Below, piece after piece: positions 1 to 15,000 of a DNA stretch of 64,000 nucleotides (its first letter is position 1; every line of letters starts with the position of its first letter). Position numbers and translations under genes: made by a program. Origin of the DNA: Tubulanus polymorphus. Taxonomy: Eukaryota > Animalia > Nemertea. The stretch spans positions 4,526,001 to 4,590,000 of the forward strand of contig NC_134035.1 of the NCBI RefSeq assembly GCF_964204645.1, in the 5' to 3' direction. The notes below the pieces were generated by a model. It saw only the letters and a list, made by a program, of their open reading frames with translations, did no database searches and had not been told where the DNA came from.

Positions 1-3000
1 ATTCTGAATCTTTTGGCCAATCTATTTAAAATTAGTTCAATACATCCTACCCATAAAGGACAATTGAATACAGCATCTTCAGGACGATATGAAGCCCCAA
101 AAATCTAGATCTTTCGGCCAATCTGTTGAAAACAACTTCAATACACCCTAACCATATCCGACAATTGTATACAGCATCTTCCGGGTGATATGAAGCCCCA
201 AAATTCGGATTCTTTCCACCAATCAATTGAAAATCAGTTCAGTACACCTTACCCATATTAGAAAAAAGAATACAGCATCTTCAGGACGATATAATAACCC
301 CAAAATTCTAAATCTTTCGACCAATCTATTTCAAATGAGTTCAGTACACGCTACCCATAAAGGACAATTGAATACAGCATCTTCAGGACGATATGAAGCC
401 CCAAAAATCTAGATCTTTCGACCAAACTATTGAAAACCAGTTCAATATACCCTACCCATATTAGACAATTGAATACAGCATCTTCAGGACGATATAATGC
501 CCCATAATTCTAGATCTTTCGACCAATCTATTTTAAATGAGTTCAGTACACCCTACCCATAAAGGACAATTGAATACAGCATCTTCAGGACGATATGAAG
601 CCCCAAAAATCTAGATCTTTCGACCGATCTATTGAAAACCACTTCAATACACCCTAACCATATCAGACAATTGTAAACAGCATCTTCAGGACGATATGAA
701 GCCCCAAAATTCTGAATCTTTCGACCAATCTATTTCAAATGAGTTCAGTACACCCTACCCATAAAGGACAATTGAATACAGCATCTTCAGGACGATATGA
801 AGCCCCAAAAATCTAGATCTTTCGACCAAACTATTGAAAACCAGTTCAATATACCCTACCCATATTAGACAATTGAATACAGCATCTTCAGGACGATATG
901 AAGCCCCAAAAATCTAGATCTTTCGACCGATCTATTGAAAACCACTTCAATACACCCTAACCATATCAGACAATTGTAAACAGCATCTTCAGGACGATAT
1001 GAAGCCCCAAAATTCTGAATCTTTCGACAAATCTATTGAAAACCACTTCAATACACACTAACCATATAGGACAATTGAACACAGCATCTTCAGGACCATA
1101 TGGGGCCCTAACTTTCAGGATGTTTCGACCAATTTTTTGAAAATGAGTTCAGTACACCTGCCCATATATGGCAATTGAATACAGCATCTTCAAGACGATA
1201 TAAAGCTTCAAAATTCTGAATCTTTCGGCCAATCTATCGAAAATTAGTTCAGTACACCTTACCCATGTATGACAATATGAATACAGCACCTTCAAGATGA
1301 TATTAAACCCCAAAATTCTGAATCTTTCGGCCAATCTATCGAAAATTAGTTCAGTACACCCTACCCATATATGACAATTGAATACAGCATCTTCAGGAAG
1401 ATATAATGTCCCAAAATTCTAGATCTTTCGACCAATATATTTAAAATGAGTTCAGTACACCCTACCCATATTAGACAATATGAATACAGCATCTTCAGGA
1501 CGATGTGAAGCCCTAAAAGTCTGAATCTTTCAACCAATCTATTGAAAATCAGTTCAGTACACCTTACTCATATTAGACAATTGAATACAGCATCTTCAGG
1601 ACGATATGAAGCCCCAAAAATCTAGATCTTTCGACCAATCTATTGAAAACCACTTCAATACACCCAAACCATATCAGACAATTGTATACAGCATCTTCCA
1701 GGTGATATGAAGCCCGAAAATTCTGGATCTTTCGGCCAATCTATTAAAAATCAGTTCAGTACACCCTACCTATATATGACAATTGAATACAGCATCTTCA
1801 GGATGATATGATGCCCCAAAATTCTAGATCTTTCGACCAATCTATTTAAAATTAGTTCAGTACACCCTACCCATAAAAGGCAATTGAACACAGAATCTTA
1901 AGCACGATATGAAGCCCAAAAATTCTAGATCCTTCGACCAATCTATTGAAACCCAGTTCAATATACCCTTCCCATATATGACAATTGAATACAGCATCTC
2001 CAGGACAATTTGATGCCCAAAAATTCTAGATCTTTCCACCAATCTATTGAAAATCAGTTCAATACACCCTAACAATATATGACAATTGAAAACAGCATCT
2101 TCAGGACGATATGAAGCCCCAAAATTCTGAATTTTTCAACCAATCTAACGAAAATTAGTTCAGTACACCCTACCCATATAAGACAATTAAATACAGCATC
2201 TTCGGGACGATATGAAACCCCAAAATTCTAGATCTTTCGACCAATCTATTGAAAATCAGTTCAGTACACCCTACACATATCAGACAATGGAATACAACAT
2301 CTTCAGGACGATATGAAGCCCCAAAAATCTAGATCTTTCAACCTATCTATTGAAAACCACTTCAATACAACCAAACCATATCAGACAATTGTATACATCA
2401 TCTTCCGGGTGATATGAAGCCCCAAAATTCTGAATCTTTCGACCAATCTATTGAAAATCAGTTCAGTACACCATACCCATATAAGAAAATTGAATACAGC
2501 ATCTTCAGGACGATATGAAGTCCCAAAAATCTAGATCTTTCGACCAATCTATTGAAAACCACTTCAATACACCCTAACCATATCAGACAATTGTAAACAG
2601 CATCTTCAGGACGATATGAAGCCCCAAAATTCTAGATCTTTCGACCAATCTATTTCAAATGAGTTCAGTACACCCTACCCATAAAGGACAATTGAATACA
2701 GCATCTTCAGGACAATATGAAGCCCCTAAAATCTAGATCTTTCGACCAAACTATTAAAAACCAGTTCAATATACCTTACCCATATTAGAAAAAAGAATAC
2801 AGCATCTTCAGGACGATATAATAACTCCAAAATTCTAGATCTTTCGACCAATCTATTTCAAATGAGTTCAGTACACCCTACCCATAAAGGACAATTGAAT
2901 ACAGCATCTTCAGGACGATATGAAGCCCCAAAAATCTAGATCTTCCGACCAAACTATTGAAAACCAGTTCAATATACCCTACCCATATTAGACAATTGAA

Positions 3001-6000
3001 TACAGCATCTTCAGGACGATATAATGCCCCATAATTCTAGATCTTTCGACTAATCTATTTAAAATTAGTTCAGTACACCCTACCCATAAAAGGCAATTGA
3101 ACACAGAATCTTAAGCACGATATGAAGCCCCAAAATTCTAGATCCTTCGACCAATCTATTGAAACCCAGTTCAATATACCCTTCCCATATATGACAATTG
3201 AATACAGCATCTCCAGGACAATTTGATGCCCAAAAATTCTAGATCTTTCGACCAATCTATTGAAAACCACTTCAATACACCCTAACCATATCAGACAATT
3301 GTAAACAGCATCTTCCGGGTGATATGAAGCCCCAAAATTCTGAATCTTTCGACCAATCTATTGAAAATCAGTTCAGTACACCATACCCATATTAGAAAAT
3401 TGAAGACAGCATCTTCAGGACAATTTGATGCCCCAAAATTCTAGATCTTTCGACAAATCTATTGAAAACCACTTCAATACACACAAACCATATAGGACAA
3501 TTGAACACAGCATCTTCAGGACCATATGGGGCCCTAACTTTCAGGATGTTTCGACCAATTTTTTGAAAATAAGTTCAGTACACCCTGCCCATATATGGCA
3601 ATTCAATACAGCTTCTTCAGGACGATATGAAGCCCCAAAATCCTCGATCTTTCTACCAATCTATTGAAAATTAGTTCAGTACACCTCACTCATATTAGAC
3701 AATTGAATACAGCATCTTCAGGACGATATGAAGCCCCTAAAATCTAGATCTTTCGGCCAATCTGTTGAAAACAACTTCAAGATCTTCAAGAAATTCTAGA
3801 TCTTTCGACCAATATATTTAAAATGAGTTCAGTACACCCTACCCATATATGACAATTGAATACAGCATCTTCAGGACGATAAGAAGCCCCAAAATTCTGG
3901 ATCTTTCTGCCAATCTATTGATAATTAGTTCAGTATACCCTACCCATATATGACAATTGAATACAGCATCTGCAGGACATTATAATGCCCCAAAATTCTA
4001 GATCTTTCGACCAATCTATTTAAAATGAGTTCAGTACACCCTACCCATAAAGGACAATTGAATACAGCATCTTCAGGACGATATGAAGCCCCAAAAATCT
4101 AGATCTTTCGACCAATCTATTGAAAACCAGTTCAATATACCCTACCAATATTAGACAATTGAATACAGCATCTTCACGACGATGTGAAGCCCTAAAAATC
4201 TGAATCTTTTAACCAATCTATTGAAAATCAGTTCAGTACACCTTACTCATATTAGACAATTGAATACAGCATCTTTAAGATGATATGAAGCCCCAAAAAT
4301 CTAGATCTTTTGACCAATCTGTTGAAAAAAACTTCAATACACCCTAACCATATCTGACAATTGTATACAGCATCTTCCGGGTGATATGAAGCCCCGAAAT
4401 TCGGAATCTTTCCACCAATCAATTGAAAATCAGTTCAGTACACCTTACCCATATTAGAAAGAAGAATACAGCATCTTCAGGACGATATAATAACCCCAAA
4501 ATTCTAGATCTTTCGACCAATCTATTTTAAATGAGTTCAGTACACCCTACCCATAAAGGACAATTGAATACAGCATCTTCAGGACGATATGAAGCCCCAA
4601 AAATCTAGATCTTTTGACCAATCTGTTGAAAAAAACTTCAATACACCCTAACCATATCAGACAATTGTATACAGCATCTTCCGGGTGATATGAAGCCCCA
4701 AAATTCAGAATCTTTCGACCAATCTATTAAAAATCAGTTCAGTACTCCATACCCATATTAAAAAATTGAAGACAGCATCTTCAGGACAATTTGATGCCCC
4801 AAAATTCTAGATCTTTCGACAAATCTATTGAAAACCACTTCAATACACACTAACCATATAGGACAATTGAACACAGCATCTTCAGGACCATATGGGGCCC
4901 TAACTTTCAGGATGTTTCGACCAATTTTTTGAAAATAAGTTCAGTTCACCCTGCCCATATATGGCAATTCAATATAGCTTCTTCAGGACGATATGAAGCC
5001 CCAAAATTCTGGATCTTTCTACCAATCTATTGAAAATTAGTTCAGTACACCCTACACATATCGGAAAATGGAATACAACATCTTCAGGACGATATGAAGC
5101 CCGAAAATTCTGGATCTTTCGGCCAATCTATTGAAAATTAGTTCAGTACACCCTACCTATGACAATTGAATACAGCATCTTCACGATGATATAATGCCCC
5201 AAAATTCTAGATCTTTCGACCGATCTATTTAAAATGAGTTCAGTACACCCTACCCATAAAGGGCAATTGAACACAGAATCTTCAGGACGATAAAATGCCC
5301 CAAAATTCTAGATCTTTCGACAAATCTATTGAAAACCACTTCAATACACACTAACCATATAGGACAATTGAACACAACATCTTCAGGACCATATGGGGCC
5401 CTAACTTTCAGGATATTTCGACCATTTTTTTGAAAATAAGTTCAGTACACCCTGCCCATATATGGCAATTGAATACAGCATCCTCAAGACGATATGAAGC
5501 CCCAAAAATTCTGAATCTTTCGGCCAATCTATCGAAAATTAGTTCAGTACACCCTACCCATATATGACAATTAAATACAGCATCTTCAGGACGATATGAA
5601 ACCCCAAAATTCTAGATCATTAGATCAATCTATTGAAAACCAGTCCAATACACCCTAACTATATCAGACAATGGAATACAACATCTTCAGGACGATATGA
5701 AGCCCCAAAAATCTAGATCTTTCAACCTATCTATTGAAAACCACTTCAATACACCCTAACCATATCAGATAATTGTATACAGCATCTTCCAGGTGATATG
5801 AAGCCCCAAAATTCTGAATCTTTCGACCAATCTATTGAAAATCAGTTCAGTACACCATACCCATATTAGAAAATTGAAGACAGCATCTTCAGGACAATTT
5901 GATGCCCCAAAATTCTAGATCTTTCGACAAATCTATTGGAAACCACTTCAATACACACTAACCATAAAGGACAATTGAACACAGCATCTTCAGGACCATA

Positions 6001-9000
6001 TGGGGCCCTAACTTTCAGGTTGTTTCGACCAATCTTTTGAAAATAAGTTCAGTACCCCTGCCCATATATGGCAATTGAATACAGCAATACTACAATTAGT
6101 TCAGTACACCCTACACATATCAGAAAATGGAATACAACATCTTCAGGACGATATGAAGCCCGAAAATTCTGGATCTTTCGGCCAATCTATTGAAAATTAG
6201 TTCAGTACACCCTACCTATATATGACAATTGAATACAGCATCTTCACGATGATATAATGCCCCAAAATTCTAGATCTTTCAACCAATCTTTTTTAAATCA
6301 GTTCAGTACACCCTACCCATAAAGGACAATTGGATACAGCATCTTCAGAACGACATGAAGCCCCAAAAATCTAGATCTTTCGACCAATCTATTGAAAACC
6401 AGTTCAATATACCCTACCCATATTAGACAAGTGAATACAGCATCTTCAGGACGATGTGAAGCCCTAAAAGTCTGAATCATTCGACCAATCTATTGAAAAT
6501 CTGTTCAGTACACCCTACCTATATATGACAATTGAATACAGCATATTTAGGACGATATGAAGCCCCAAAATTCTGGATCTTACGGCCAATCTACTGAAAA
6601 TTAGTTCAGTACACCCTACCTATATATGACAATTGAATACAGCATATTCAGGATGATATAATGCCCCAAAATTCTAGATCTTTCGACCAATCTGTTTTAA
6701 ATGAGTTCAGTACACCCTACCCATAAAGGACAATTGAATACAGCATCTTCAGGACGATATGAAGCCCAAAAAATCTAGATCTTTCGACCAATCTATTGAA
6801 AACAACTTCAATACACCCTAACCATATCAGACAATTGTATACAGCATCTTCAGGGTGATATGAAGCCCCAAAATTCTGAATCTTTCGGCCAATCTATCGA
6901 AAATTAGTTCAGTACACCCTACCCATATATGACAATTGAATACAGCATCTTCAGGACGATATGAAGCCCCAAAATTCTGAATCTTTCGACCAATCTATTG
7001 AAAATCAGTTCAGTACACCTTAATCATATTAGACAATTGAATACAGCATCTTCAGGACGATATGAAGCCCCAAAATTCTGGATCTTTCTACCAATCTATT
7101 GAAAATTAGTTCAGTACACCCTACACATATCAGAAAATGGAATACAACATCTTCAGGACGATATGAAGCCCGAAAATTCTGGATCTTTCGGCCAATCCAT
7201 TGAAAACTAGTTCAGTACACCCTACCTATATATGACAATTGAATACAGCATCTTCACGATGATATAATGCCCCAAAATTCTAGATCTTTCGACCAATCTA
7301 TTGAAAATCAGTTCAGTACACCCTACCCATAAAGTACAATTGAATACAGCATCTTCAGGACGATATGAAGCCCCAAAAATCTAGATCTTTCGACCAATCT
7401 ATTGAAAACCAGTTCAATATACCCTACCCATATTAGACAATTGAATACAGTATCTTCAGGACGATATAATGCCCCAAAATTCTAGATCTTTCGACCAATC
7501 TATTTTAAATGAGTTCAGTACACCCTACCCATAAAGTACAATTGAATACAGCATCTTCAGGATGATATGAAGCCCCAAAAATCTAGATCTTTCGACCAAT
7601 CTATTGAAAACAAGTTCAATATACCCTACCCATATTAGACAATTGAAGACAGCATCTTCAGGACGATGTGAAGCCCTAAAAGTCTGAATCATTCGACCAA
7701 TCTATTGAAAATCAGTTCAGTACACCCTACACATATCAGAAAATGGAATACAACATCTTCAGGACGATATGAAGCCCCAAAATTCTGGATCTTTCTACCA
7801 ATCTATTGAAAATTAGTTCAGTACACCCTACACATATCAGAAAATGGAATACAACATCTTCAGGACGATATGAAGCCCGAAAATTCTGGATCTTTCGGCC
7901 AATCCATTGAAAATTAGTTCAGTACACCCTACCTATATATGACAATTGAATACAGCATCTTCACGATGATATAATGCCCCAAAATTCTAGATCTTTCGAC
8001 CAATATATTTAAAATGAGTTCAGTACACACTACCCATAAAGGACAATATTGAACACAGAATCTTCAGGACTATATAATGCCCCAAAATTCTAGATCTTTC
8101 GACCAATCTATTGAAAATCAGTTCAGTACACCCTACCCATAAAGTACAATTGAATACAGCATCTTCAGGACGATATGAAGCCCCAAAAATCTAGATCTTT
8201 CGACAAATCTATTGAAAACCACTTCAATACACACTAACCATATAGGACAATTGAACACAGCATCTTCAGGATCATATGGGGCCCTAACTTTCAGGATGTT
8301 TCAACCAATTTTTTGAAAATAAGTTCAGTTCACCCTGCCCATATATGGCAATTCAATACAGCTTTTTCAGGACGATATGAAGCCCAAAAATCCTGGATCT
8401 TTCTACCAATCTATTGAAAATTAGTTCAGTACACACTACACATATCAGAAAATGGAATACAACATCTTCAGGACGATATGAAACCCGAAAATTCTGGATC
8501 TTTCGGCCAATCTATTGAAAATTAGTTCAGTACACCCTACCTATATATGACAATTGAATACAACATCTTCAGGATGATATGATGCCCCAAAATTCTAGAT
8601 CTTTTGACCAATCTATTTAAAATGAGTTCAGGACACCCTGCCCATAAAGGGCAATTGAACACAGAATCTTAAGCACGATATGAAGTCCCAAAATTCTAGA
8701 TCCTTCGACCAATCTATTGAAACCCAGTTCAATATACCCTTCCCATATTAGAAAATTGAAGACAGCATCTTCAGGACAATTTGATGCCCCAAAATTGTAG
8801 ATCTTTCGACCAATCTATTGAAAACCACTTCAATGCACCCTAACCATATCAGACAATTGTAAACAGCATCTTCCGGGTGATATGAAGCCCCAAAATTCTG
8901 AATCTTTCGACCAATCTATTGAAAATCAGTTCAGTACACCTTACTCATATTAGACAACTGAATACAGCATCTTCAGGACGATATGAAGCCCCAAAATTCA

Positions 9001-12000
9001 GAATCTTTCGACCAATGTATTGAAAATCAGTTCAGTACACCATACCCATATTAGAAAATTGAAGACAGCATCTTCAGGACAATTTGATGCCCCAAAATTC
9101 TAGATCTTTCGACAAATCTATTGAAAACCACTTCAATACACACTAACCATATAGGACAATTGAACACAGCATCTTCAGGACCATATGGGGCCCTAACTTT
9201 CAGGATGTTTCGACCAATTTTTTGAAAATAAGTTCAGTACACCCTGCCCATATATGGCAATTCAATACAGCTTATTCAGGACGATATGAAGCCCCAAAAT
9301 TTTGGATCTTTCTACCAATCTATTGAAAATTAGTTCAGTACACCCTACACATATCAGACAATGGAATACAACATCTTCAGGACGATATGAAGCCCGAAAA
9401 TTCTGGATCTTTCGGCCAATCTACTGAAAATTAGTTCAGTACACCCTACCTATATATGACAATTGAATACAGCATCTTCAGGATGATATAATGCCCCAAA
9501 ATTCTAGATCTTTCAACCAATCTATTTAAAATTAGTTCAGTACACCCTAACTATAAAGGACAATTGAATACAGCATCTTCAGGACAATATAATGCCCCAC
9601 AATTCTGAATCTTTCGGCCAATCTATTTTAAATGAGTTCAGTACACCCTACCCATAATGGACAATTGAATACAGCATCTTCAGGACGATATGAAGCCCCA
9701 AAAATCTAGATCTTTCAACCAATCTATTGAAAACAAGTTCAATACACCCTACCCATATTAGACAACTGAATACAGCATCTTCACGATGATATAATGCCCC
9801 AAAATTCTAGATCTTTCGACCAATCTATTTTAAATGAGTTCAGTACACCCTACCCATAAAGGACAATTGAATACAGCATCTTCAGGAGGATATGAAGTCC
9901 CAAAAATCTAGATCTTTCGGCCGATCTAATGAAAACCAGTTCAATATACCCTACCCATATTAGACAATTGAATACAGCATCTTCAGGACGATATAATGCC
10001 CCACAATTCTGAATCTTTCGGCCAATCTATTTTAAATGAGTTCAGTACACCCTACCCATAAAGGACAATTGAATACAGCACCTTCAGGATGATATGAAGC
10101 CCCAAAAATCTAGATCTTTCGACCAATCTATTGAAAACAACTTCAATACACCCTAACCATATCAGACAATTGTATACAGCATCTTCCAGGTGATATGAAG
10201 CCCCAAAATTCTGAATCTTTCGACAAATCTATTGAAAAACACTTCAATACACACTAACCATATAGGACAATTGAACACAGCATCTTCAGGACCATATGGG
10301 GCCCTAACTTTCAGGATGTTTCAACCAATTTTTTGAAAATAAGTTCAGTTCACCCTGCCCATATATGGCAATTGAATACAGCATCTTCAGGACGATATGA
10401 AGCCCAAAAATCCTGGATCTTTCTACCAATCTATTGAAAACAACTTCAATACACCCTAACCATATCAGACAATTGTATACAGCATCTTCCAGGTGATATG
10501 AAGCCCCAAAATTCTGAATCTTTCGACAAATCTATTGAAAAACACTTCAATACACACTAACCATATAGGACAATTGAACACAGCATCTTCAGGACCATAT
10601 GGGGCCCTAACTTTCAGGATGTTTCAACCAATTTTTTGAAAATAAGTTCAGTTCACCCTGCCCATATATGGCAATTCAATACAGCTTTTTCAGGACGATA
10701 TGAAGCCCAAAAATCCTGGATCTTTCTACCAATCTATTGAAAATTAGTTCAGTACACACTACACATATCAGAAAATGGAATACAACATCTTCAGGACGAT
10801 ATGAAACCCGAAAATTCTGGATCTTTCGGCCAATCTATTGAAAATTAGTTCAGTACACCCTACCTATATATGACAATTGAATACAGCATCTTCAGGATGA
10901 TATGATGCCCCAAAATTCTAGATCTTTTGACCAATCTATTTAAAATGAGTTCAGGACACCCTGCCCATAAAGGGCAATTGAACACAGAATCTTAAGCACG
11001 ATATGAAGCCCCAAAATTCTAGATCCTTCGACCAATCTATTGAAACCCAGTTCAATATACCCTTCCCATATATGACAATTGAATACAGCATCTTCAGGAC
11101 AATTTGATGCCCCAAAATTCTAGATCTTTCCACCAATCTATTGAAAAACAGTTCAATACACCCTAGCCATATATGACAATTGAATACAGCATCTTCAAGA
11201 CGATATGAAGCCCCAAAATTTTGAATCTTTCGGCCAATCTATCGAAAATTAGTTCAATACACCCTAGCCATATATGACAATTGAATACAGCATCTTCAGG
11301 ACGATACGAAGCCCCAAAAATCTAGATTTTTCGACCAATCTATTGAAAACCACTTCAATACACCCTAACCATATCAGACAATTGTAAACAGCATCTTCCG
11401 GGTGATATGAAGCCCCAAAATTCTGAATCTTTCGACCAATCTATTGAAAATCAGTTCAGTACACCCTACACATATTAGACAATTGAATACAGCATCTTAA
11501 GGACGATATGAAGCCCCAAAATTCTGGATCTTTCGACCAATCTATTGAAAATTAGTTCAGTACACCTTACTCATATTACGCAATTGAATACAGCATCTTA
11601 AGGACGATATGAAGCCCCAAAATTCTGGATCTTTCGACCAATCTATTGAAAATCAGTTCAGTACACCATACCCATATTAGAAAATTGAAGACAGCATCTT
11701 CAGGACAATTTGATGCCCCAAAATTGTAGATCTTTCGACAAATCTATTGAAAACCACTTCAATACACACTAACATTATAGGACAATTGAACACAGCATCT
11801 TCAGGACCATATGGGGCCCTAACTTTCAGGATGTTTCGACCAATTTTTTGAAAATAAGTTCAGTTCACCCTGCCCATATATGGCAATTCAACACAGATTC
11901 TTCAGGACGATATGAAGCCCCAAAATTCTGGATCTTTCGGCCAATCTATCGAAAATTAGTTCAGTACACCCTACCCATATATGACAATTGAATACAGCAT

Positions 12001-15000
12001 CTTCAGGACGATATGAAGCCCCAAAAATCTAGATTTTTCGACCAATCTATTGAAAACCACTTCAATACACCCTAACCATATCAGACAATTGTAAACAGCA
12101 TCTTCAGGATGATATGAAGCCCCAAAATTCTGGATCTTTCTACCAATCTATTGAAAAGTAGTTCAGTACACCCTACACATATTAGAAAATGGAATACAAC
12201 ATCTTTAGGACGATATGAAGCCCGAAAATTCTGGATCTTTCGGCCAATCTATTGAAAATTAGTTCAGTACACCCTACCTATATATGACAATTGAATACAG
12301 CATCTTCACGATGATATAATGCCCCAAAATTCTAGATCTTTCGACCAATCTATTTAAAATGAATTGTGTACACACTACCCATAAAGGACAATTGAACACA
12401 GAATCTTCAGGACTATGTAATGCCCCAAAATTCTAGATCTTTCGACCAATCTATTGAAAATCAGTTCAGTACACCTTACTCATATTAGACAATTGAATAC
12501 AGCATCTTCAGGACGATGTGAAGTCCTAAAAGTCTGAATCATTCGACCAATCTATTGAAAATCAGTTCAGTACACCTCACTCATATTAGACAATTGAATA
12601 CAGCATCTTCAGGACGATATGAAGCCCCAAAATTCTGGATCTTTCTACCAATCTATTGAAAATTAGTTCAGTACACCCTACACATATCAGAAAATGGAAT
12701 ACAACATCTTCAGGACGACATGAAGCCCGAAAAATTCTGGATCTTTCGGCCAATCTATTAAAAATTAGTTCAGTACACCCTACCTATATATGACAATTGA
12801 ATGCAGTTTCTTCAGGATGATATGATGCCCCAAAATTCTAGATCTTTCGACCAATCTATTTAAAATTAGTTCAGTACACCCTACCCATAAAGGGCAATTG
12901 AACACAGAATCTTAAGCACGATATGAAGCCCCAAAATTCTAGATCCTTCGACCAATCTATTGAAACCCAGTTCAATATACCCTTCCCATATATGACAATT
13001 GAATACAGCATCTCCAGGACAATTTGATGCCCAAAAATTCTAGATCTTTCCACCAATCTATTGAAAAACCGTTCAATACACCCTAACCATATATGCCAAT
13101 TGAATACAGCATCTTCAGGACGATATGAAGCCCCAAAAATCTAGATCTTTCGACCAATCTATTGAAAACCACTTCAATACACCCTAACCATATCAGACAA
13201 TTGTAAACAGCATCTTCCGGGTGATATGAAGCCCCAAAATTCTGAATCTTTCGACCAATCTATTGAAAATCAGTTCAGTACACCTTACTCATATTAGACA
13301 ACTGAATACAGCATCTTCAGGACGATATGAAGCCCCAAAATTCAGAATCTTTCGACCAATGTATTGAAAATCAGTTCAGTACACCATACCCATATTAGAA
13401 AATTGAAGACAGCATCTTCAGGACAATTTGATGCCCCAAAATTCTAGTTCTTTCGACAAATCTATTGAAAACCACTTCAATACACACTAACCATATAGGA
13501 CAATTGAACACAGCATCTTCAGGACCATATGGGGCCCTAACTTTCAGGATGTTTCGACCAATTTTTTGAAAATAAGTTCAGTACACCCTGCCCATATATG
13601 GCAATTCAATACAGCTTCTTCAGGACGATATGAAGCCCCAAAATCCTGGATCTTTCTACCAATCTATTGAAAATTAGTTCAGTACACCCTACACATATCA
13701 GAAAATGGAATACAACATCTTCAGGACGACATGAAGCCCCAAAAATTCTGGATCTTTCGGCCAATCTATTAAAAATTAGTTCAGTACACCCTACCTATAT
13801 ATGACAATTGAATACAGCATCTTCAGGATGATATGATGCCCCAAAATTCTAGATCTTTCGACCAATCTATTTAAAATTAGTTCAGTACACCCTAACCATA
13901 TCAGACAATTGTAAACAGCATCTTCCGGGTGATATGAAGCCCCAAAATTCTGAATCTTACGACCAATCTATTGAAAATCAGTTCAGTACACCTTACTCAT
14001 ATTAGACAATTGAATACAGCATCTTCAGGACGATATGAAGCCCCAAAAATCCAGATCTTTCGACCAATCTATTGAAAACCACTTCAATACACCCTAACCA
14101 TATCAGACAATTGTATACAGCATCTTCCGGGTGATGTGAAGCCCCAAAATTCTGGATCTTTCGACAAATCTATTGAAAACCACTTCAATACACTAACCAT
14201 ATAGGACAATTGAACACAGCATCTTCAGGACCATATGGGGCCCTAACTTTCAGGATGTTTCGACCAATTTTTTGAAAATGAGTTCAGTTCACCCTGCCCA
14301 TATATGGCAATTCAATACAGCTTATTCAGGACGATATGAAGCCCCAAAATTTTGGATCTTTCTACCAATCTATTGAAAATTAGTTCAGTACACCCTACAC
14401 ATATCAGACAATGGAATACAACATCTTCAGGACGATATGAAGCCCGAAAATTCTGGATCTTTCGGCCAATCTACTGAAAATTAGTTCAGTACACCCTACC
14501 TATATATGACAATTGAATACAGCATCTTCAGGATGATATAATGCCCCAAAATTCTAGATCTTTCAACCAATCTATTTAAAATTAGTTCAGTACACCCTAA
14601 CTATAAAGGACAATTGAATACAGCATCTTCAGGACAATATAATGCCCCACAATTCTGAATCTTTCGGCCAATCTATTTTAAATGAGTTCAGTACACCCTA
14701 CCCATAATGGACAATTGAATACAGCATCTTCAGGACATTATGAAGCCCCAAAAATCTAGATCTTTCAACCAATCTATTGAAAACAAGTTAAATACACCCT
14801 ACCCATATTAGACAACTGAATACAGCATATTCAGGACGATATAATGCCCCAAAATTCTAGATCTTTCGACCAATCTATTTTAAATGAGTTCAGTACACCC
14901 TACCCATAAAGGACAATTGAATACAGCATCTTCAGGAGGATATGAAGTCCCAAAAATCTAGATCTTTCGACCGATCTAATGAAAACCAGTTCAATATACC

